From Candidatus Bathyarchaeota archaeon (lineage in GTDB: Archaea; Thermoproteota; Bathyarchaeia; 40CM-2-53-6), in assembly GCA_963726255.1 (NCBI GenBank), contig CAVSBL010000002.1, positions 1,248,001-1,312,000 of the forward strand: 64,000 nucleotides of DNA. The letters run 5' to 3'. A program made the position numbers and the translations under genes. Positions 58,480 through 64,000 of the stretch are shown in pieces (the stretch's first letter is position 1; every line of letters starts with the position of its first letter). Under the pieces are notes generated by a model. That model saw nothing but the letters and a program-made list of their open reading frames with translations, did no database searches and was not told the DNA's origin.

Positions 58480-58917
58480 CTAGCGCCTAGGTTTCTCTTT
58501 CTTACCCTTCATCAGGGCATCCAGAGAAACTGAGTTAATTGCATAAACCTTGTACCGTATGCCAGGAATGTCTCCCATCGCCTTGCCTTCGGCGCCGCCA
58601 ATACCCTCAATCAGAACTTCATCATGCTCGTCAATGAAGTTGAGGGCACCATCACCTGGGACGAAGGCGGTGATGACCTTACCATTCTTGATTAGCTGAA
58701 CGCGGACAGCTTTGCGGACTGCGCTGTTTGGTTGGCGGGACTCTACACCCACCTTCTCAAGCACAATGGCACGGCCTTGGGGTGCACCTTGAAGCGGATC
58801 TGCTTTGTAGTCGAGGCCCAACATCCGGCGCTTGTACGGTCGATAGTGCCACCTGAAACGACCTCTGTCCCTACTTGTTTTTCTTGCAGCAAACAGGCCG
58901 CTGGCGCCATTAGTCAA
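58480..58917 (-). CDS. rps12: 30S ribosomal protein S12 (uS12)
   Basis: [30 protein letters not shown]...GDIPGIRY. Confidence 0.95.
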   Translation of the reverse strand: MTNGASGLFAARKTSRDRGRFRWHYRPYKRRMLGLDYKADPLQGAPQGRAIVLEKVGVESRQPNSAVRKAVRVQLIKNGKVITAFVPGDGALNFIDEHDEVLIEGIGGAEGKAMGDIPGIRYKVYAINSVSLDALMKGKKEKPRR

Positions 58918-59078
58918 GACATTTCACTTCTCATGCAATCAGATTAGAGGCAGTCAACCTTCGGTTTGCTCTATATGTGCTTATCGTCCCAGACAAAATA
59001 AGCTACCCGGGCAGATCAACTTGTCAGAAGCCAGTCTAATCTATTATCCACAGCAAACTACAACATCCGGACCAAGAC

Positions 59079-60032
59079 ATGCCCTCAGTTGAATTCGGAG
59101 TGAAGACGGGCCAAGGCGGATACTCATTCGAGGATCTAAGAAAGGTGTGGTCCGCGTCTGAAGAACTTGGTTACGATTCCGCTTGGTTGTACGACCATTT
59201 TCACGCGCTCGGCAACAGAACAGACCCATGCCTTGAAGCGTGGACAACGCTCTCGGCGCTTGCGGCGATGACGAAAAGAATCAAGATTGGCACAATGACA
59301 ACTTGTACCTCGTATAGGCAGCCTTCACTCCTAGCCAAAATGGGGGCAACAGTTGACATAATCAGCCATGGCCGGCTGATCTTAGGAATCGGGGCCGGAT
59401 GGTATGAGGACGAGTATAACGCCTACGGTTACGAATTCCCGGACCCAAGAACCAGAGTTAGACAATTGAAGGAAGCATTGATCGTTATCGAAAAACTGTG
59501 GATTGAGGACCGCTCCACCTTCGAAGGAGATTTCTACTCTCTCCGGGATGCCGTATGCTTGCCTAAACCTGTGCAAAAACCTCGCCCAAGAATCCTGGTA
59601 GGGATATCGAAAGGCACGAGGACGATTCCCTACCTGGCTTCGCGTTACGCGGACGGTTTCAATACGCCCAACAGTTCACTCCAAGAATGCGGAAAAATTC
59701 TCGAGGCTGCGGAAAAATACCGGAAGGATTATGGGAAGACCCCGGATGCTCAGACTAGGTCTTTGCAGGCTTTCGTTCTGGTTGGAGAAAACCAATCAGA
59801 ACTCGATGAAACCGTTGAAAAAGCGGCGAAGAAGCGCGGGCAGTCGGCCGCTGAGTACCGGAAGCATGCCACTGAACGCGGTTTCATCTTGGGACAGCCC
59901 GATGAGATCGTCGGGGTATTACGAAAGTTCAAAGAGGCCGGGTTCAACAGTTTCCTCTTGGTGTTCATTAACGATACAGAAATACGTCCGCTCGAAACAT
60001 TTAGAGACAAGGTGGCCCCGCAGCTCAGGTGA
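59079..60032 (+). CDS. LLM-class F420-dependent oxidoreductase
   Basis: GYDSAWLYDHF, LEAWT, GRLILGIGAGW..E. Confidence 0.9.
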   Translation: MPSVEFGVKTGQGGYSFEDLRKVWSASEELGYDSAWLYDHFHALGNRTDPCLEAWTTLSALAAMTKRIKIGTMTTCTSYRQPSLLAKMGATVDIISHGRLILGIGAGWYEDEYNAYGYEFPDPRTRVRQLKEALIVIEKLWIEDRSTFEGDFYSLRDAVCLPKPVQKPRPRILVGISKGTRTIPYLASRYADGFNTPNSSLQECGKILEAAEKYRKDYGKTPDAQTRSLQAFVLVGENQSELDETVEKAAKKRGQSAAEYRKHATERGFILGQPDEIVGVLRKFKEAGFNSFLLVFINDTEIRPLETFRDKVAPQLR

Positions 60033-60129
60033 AGACATTGAGTGATGAAGTCGTAATTCCAATCTATCCCCCACCCAGGAAACCTAAGCGTGCGAAGCGA
60101 ACTCGAACTAAGAGGCGAATGCCAGCCTC

Positions 60130-60873
60130 TTGAAAGTTACATTCCTGGGTTCTGGCGGTTCCTCAGTCAGCGCAAAACGTGCGTGTCCGTCGATTGTCGT
60201 GGACGAAGAAATAGTGTTCGACCTGGGGCCCGGGTCGCTGAAAAATCTAAGAAACTCTGGACTTAATCCGGATAACTTGTCGACCGTCTTCATCTCCCAC
60301 TGTCACACTGACCACATCTCGGACCTAGTCCCATTCCTTTGGGCAATTCAGATAGATGGGCGGAAGAATCCGTTACGGGTCCTTGGGCCGCCAGGATTCA
60401 AGCTGACAGTTCAGAAGTTACTGGAATGTACCTGCACGCCTAGTGATTCCTTCAAGTTCCCACTAACCATATCCGAACTAGGTTTCGGCCAAAGGATGGA
60501 GAACTTGCAGACGTGTGGTACGGTTCATTCGGTCCCCACTATGGCTTTCAGGGTCGAGGCACATGGGAAGTCCTTCTGTTACAGTGCCGACACAACCTAC
60601 TCCCCATCGGTCGTTGAGCTCGCCAGAAATGCAGACCTGCTTGTACATGAAGCAACATTCCTCGAAGACCAGTTAAACATCGCACAGTTGACGAAGCATT
60701 CCACAGCCCGTATGGCTGGTCAAGTGGGAAAGCAAGCCCACGCGAAACGGTTGACCCTATTCCATATACCCCCTCCAAACGAGAACAGGGAAAGTGATTT
60801 CCACGACGAAGCCATAAGCGAGTACGGAAGCGAAGTTCAACTCGGAACAGACCTAGCCACCATCGAATTTTGA
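60130..60873 (+). CDS. MBL-fold hydrolase, RNase Z-like
   Basis: FLGSGG, SHCHTDH, YSADT, HEATF, HST, H. Confidence 0.85.
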   Translation: MKVTFLGSGGSSVSAKRACPSIVVDEEIVFDLGPGSLKNLRNSGLNPDNLSTVFISHCHTDHISDLVPFLWAIQIDGRKNPLRVLGPPGFKLTVQKLLECTCTPSDSFKFPLTISELGFGQRMENLQTCGTVHSVPTMAFRVEAHGKSFCYSADTTYSPSVVELARNADLLVHEATFLEDQLNIAQLTKHSTARMAGQVGKQAHAKRLTLFHIPPPNENRESDFHDEAISEYGSEVQLGTDLATIEF

Positions 60874-60937
60874 TTCCCCACTCCCAAACTAGAGCTTAAA
60901 TTCTGAACACTGCAATCTCCTTCAATCGCAGGTTTAG

Positions 60938-62416
60938 TTGTTGAAAGCTGAAGAGGCCCCGAGGCAATCATTCCGAGAGAAAATCAAAGGCATACAGATC
61001 GCCCTCACCTTCCGGGACGTGATGATTCTTCCAGGGCGCACAGAAGTTGAACCGAGCGAAGTTGACTTACGGACTCACGTAACGAAAACTCATCGCTTGA
61101 ATATTCCATTCGTTTCATCACCGATGGACACGGTGACGGAGAGTGACATGGCAATCGCTGTGGCGAGGCAGGGTGGTTTGGGTGTCATTCACCGGAACTG
61201 CGCGGCGGAGGAACAGGTTGAGATGGTTAAACGTGTCAAGAGGGCTGAAGCACTCATCATACGAGATGTCATAACCGTGGCGCCGGAAGACACCGTTGCC
61301 CAAGCCCTAGCCTTAATGGAGAAAAACAGCATTTCAGGGCTTCCGGTAGTTGACCGAACCCGCCTCGTTGGTATCGTGACCGGCCGAGACGTAAGATTCC
61401 CCCAACCGAGCCTCCTAGTTAAGCAGGTAATGACGAAGAATGTTGTGAAGGCTGAAGAAGGAATCAGCATCGACGAAGCTCAAAGGTTACTTCGAGACCA
61501 CAAGATCGAGAAGCTCCCGATCGTGAACAATGCCGGAGAACTATCAGGGCTCATAACATTCAAGGACATACTACTTCGAGGTAAATACCCCGACGCCGCC
61601 CGTGACGAAAATGGGCAACTACTTTGCGCCGCAGCGGTATCCCCCTTCGACCTAGATAGAGCGAAGAAACTCGACGAATACGCCGACATCCTCGTAACCG
61701 ACGTTTCACACTTTCACAACGCAAACGTCTTCACAGCCACAAAGAAACTAATGTCCGAGGTGTCCGCCGTTGTGGTTGTGGGCAACATCGGAACCTACGA
61801 GGCAGCCGAAGACGCGATTACTGAACTGGAAGAAGTTGGCGGTTTCAGAGTAGGAATTGGTTCAGGCTCAATCTGCACCACGACCGAAGTAACCAAGGCA
61901 GGATCCCCAACTCTATTCGCAACCGCACAAGTTTCAGACGCAGTCATGAAGCATGGCGCAAACATCCCGATTATCGCCGACGGAGGAATTCGTTCACCTG
62001 GGGACGTTGCAATCGCGCTGACCGCAGGAGCGTCAGCGGTTATGGTGGGGAACCTATTCGCGCGCTGCCAGGAGTCTCCTGGGACATTAATTACAATTGG
62101 CGGGCGATACTACAAGCAGTACAGGGGAATGGGAAGCCCAACTGCCCGAGCGAAACGCTACTCACTCGACCGATACAGCACCCCGGCCAAAGGTGTTCCC
62201 GAAGGCGTTGAAGGGTGGGTTCCGTACAAAGGTGAAGTGAGCGTAGTTCTAGATGAACTCGCATCAGGGCTTAAGGCATCGATGGGCTACGCCGGCGCAC
62301 GAAACATACAGGAACTGTGGTCGAAAGCAAGACTCGCGGCACTAAGCCCTTCGGGTGCCGAAGAGGCACGGCCTCACGACATACTTCTACCGAGCGAGAC
62401 ACAAGAAAGAGTCTGA
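60938..62416 (+). CDS. guaB: IMP dehydrogenase
   Basis: SSPMDTVTE, CBS pair, GIGSGSICTT, IADGG, YRGMGS, EGVEG. Confidence 0.95.
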   Translation: MLKAEEAPRQSFREKIKGIQIALTFRDVMILPGRTEVEPSEVDLRTHVTKTHRLNIPFVSSPMDTVTESDMAIAVARQGGLGVIHRNCAAEEQVEMVKRVKRAEALIIRDVITVAPEDTVAQALALMEKNSISGLPVVDRTRLVGIVTGRDVRFPQPSLLVKQVMTKNVVKAEEGISIDEAQRLLRDHKIEKLPIVNNAGELSGLITFKDILLRGKYPDAARDENGQLLCAAAVSPFDLDRAKKLDEYADILVTDVSHFHNANVFTATKKLMSEVSAVVVVGNIGTYEAAEDAITELEEVGGFRVGIGSGSICTTTEVTKAGSPTLFATAQVSDAVMKHGANIPIIADGGIRSPGDVAIALTAGASAVMVGNLFARCQESPGTLITIGGRYYKQYRGMGSPTARAKRYSLDRYSTPAKGVPEGVEGWVPYKGEVSVVLDELASGLKASMGYAGARNIQELWSKARLAALSPSGAEEARPHDILLPSETQERV

Positions 62417-62480
62417 GGCAGAGAACGGGCGTAGTACGTTTATATGACGTTCGTCATACTCGGAGTAGTGAAATCTCAAA

Positions 62481-62864
62481 ATGCCAATGATACTCCCCGA
62501 GGAGCTAGCTTCGAAATCCGTAATCCCAGCCATTAGGGCGCTTATCGTCAAGAGGCTGGTTGAAGAACACGGGATGACACAGCAAGAAGCCGCCAAACTT
62601 CTGGGAGTGACGCAACCAGCAGTAAGCAAATACCTCCATGAAAAACGCGGGGCCGCGATAAGGCTCACCGGCATAAGGAAAATCGACCAAGCCACAGCCG
62701 AAATTGCCGACATGGTAACCTCCCACAAAGCTGAGCCAATCGAAGTCATGAGCAAGATCGAAGCGGCGTGCGATTACGTTCGAAAAAACCGGTACATGTG
62801 TAACCTTCACAAGAAATTAGAGCCGAGCATGGACGTAGATTCCTGTCACGTATGCGAGCAATAG
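62481..62864 (+). CDS. HTH transcriptional regulator
   Basis: PAIRA...MTQQEAAKLLGVTQPAVSKYL; C-terminal C..H/C..C. Confidence 0.85.
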   Translation: MPMILPEELASKSVIPAIRALIVKRLVEEHGMTQQEAAKLLGVTQPAVSKYLHEKRGAAIRLTGIRKIDQATAEIADMVTSHKAEPIEVMSKIEAACDYVRKNRYMCNLHKKLEPSMDVDSCHVCEQ

Positions 62865-62906
62865 TTCTTAACCACATAAACGCATGATTCAGGGGTTTCT
62901 TGAATA

Positions 62907-63365
62907 ATGGAAATCAAAGTAAAAGCAGGAGACCAAGCTCCCGACTTCGAAGGGCCAACATCGGACGGTAGCCGACTTGGACTCAAGGATTTTGCGGGAA
63001 AGAAGAATGTCGTCTTGTACTTTTACCCCAAAGATGATACCCCAGGCTGCACGAGGGAAGCTTGCAGCTTCAGAGACAACTTACAATCGATAAGGGGCAT
63101 GGGTGCGGAAATCGTAGGCGTTAGCCTTGATAGCATTCAGTCCCACGACAGATTCGCAAAGAAATACACACTACCGTTCCCATTGATTAGCGATAAAGAC
63201 AAACGAATCGCCACGGCCTACGGTGTCCTCAAAGATCTCGGGTTGTCCACAAACCGGGTAACCTTCATCATCGACAAGGATGGAAAGGTGGCGAAGATCT
63301 TCCCCAAGGTCGACGTTTCCAAACACACCGAGGAAGTCGCCGCAGCCCTAAAGGAACTGGCCTAA
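62907..63365 (+). CDS. bcp: Peroxiredoxin Bcp
   Basis: LYFYPKDDTPGCTREAC. Confidence 0.93.
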   Translation: MEIKVKAGDQAPDFEGPTSDGSRLGLKDFAGKKNVVLYFYPKDDTPGCTREACSFRDNLQSIRGMGAEIVGVSLDSIQSHDRFAKKYTLPFPLISDKDKRIATAYGVLKDLGLSTNRVTFIIDKDGKVAKIFPKVDVSKHTEEVAAALKELA

Positions 63366-63482
63366 CAACCAAATCGTGTCTGTCGTTGAAGCGACATGCC
63401 CCGCAATAAGCTGACAAACCTTTTCAATGCTTAGACACTCCCGACTGCACAATTATCGATTGACAGGAGCAGTGGGTAACAG

Positions 63483-64000
63483 GTGAGCCAAGAGACACTG
63501 CAAGACTTCGCTGGGGTCTGGATTGGAAAAATCAGTGAACTCGTCAAAACCATAACTGGCTCAGGCCCAATCAAGTACCTGATCAATTGGAGCCGCATGT
63601 ATGCGCTCTGGCCAGTGCACATAACCACCGCCTGTTGCAGCGCAGAGTTCGGCGCTATGATGGGGCCACGGCTCGACCCCGAAAGGTTTGGCCTACAGGC
63701 AGTTGCAGGTGGCCTTCGCCAATGCGACCTAATTATAGTGGAAGGCACAGTTACGAAGAAGATGGCCAAGCGCCTCAAGATCGTTTATGAGCAGATGGCC
63801 AAACCCCGGTATGTAATAGCAATGGGGGATTGCGCTTGCTCCGGCGGCCTCTTCCATGATTCATACAGCATCGTAAATGATGTACACCAACTATTCCCAG
63901 TAGACGTGTATGTCCCGGGATGCCCCCCGAGGCCTGAAGCGCTCCTGAGCGCGATCGTGAAGCTCCGTGAGAAAATTCGTAGGGAAGAGGTATTCGCTTA
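63483..64000 (+). CDS. nuoB: NADH-quinone oxidoreductase subunit B-like (stop codon at the window edge)
   Basis: SRMYALWPVHITTACCSAE, D.ERFG, YEQMA.P.YVIAMG.C, VDVYVPGCPPRPE. Confidence 0.9.
   Translation, partial: MSQETLQDFAGVWIGKISELVKTITGSGPIKYLINWSRMYALWPVHITTACCSAEFGAMMGPRLDPERFGLQAVAGGLRQCDLIIVEGTVTKKMAKRLKIVYEQMAKPRYVIAMGDCACSGGLFHDSYSIVNDVHQLFPVDVYVPGCPPRPEALLSAIVKLREKIRREEVFA

Noticed and set aside
60041-60125. Possible C/D-box sRNA (GTGATGA)
   Set aside because: No matching D box (CTGA) at a suitable distance.

Overview
Archaeal chromosomal segment. A histone, thermosome, archaeosine TGT, uS12, eS17, an eL22-like protein and tRNAs with several BHB introns point to a TACK/Thermoproteota lineage, probably Bathyarchaeia (inference). 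Most of the window is housekeeping and transport genes. Two accessory structures stand out. (1) At 19.85-26.56 kb, between tatD and the rps17e promoter, different IS6-like cargo transposons and relics are stacked end to end, each junction carrying the same 8-bp target CGCATTAG/A. The intact 4.7-kb element carries a RelE-like toxin with an MqsA-like/Panacea antitoxin and membrane proteins. (2) Downstream of tRNA-Ser and tRNA-Glu, a family of ~30-45-bp tRNA-3'-end-derived repeats brackets single cargo genes like cassettes, next to two SSV-type int(N)/att relics that lack the T-loop intron of the resident tRNA. Also noted: a MinD/wHTH/Ig-domain surface-protein cluster, unannotated Cys-rich microproteins, an IDI-1-like enzyme lacking its catalytic Cys, and several single-base lesions that may be assembly errors. 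No CRISPR array or rRNA was seen. All calls come from reading motifs by eye; no searches were run.
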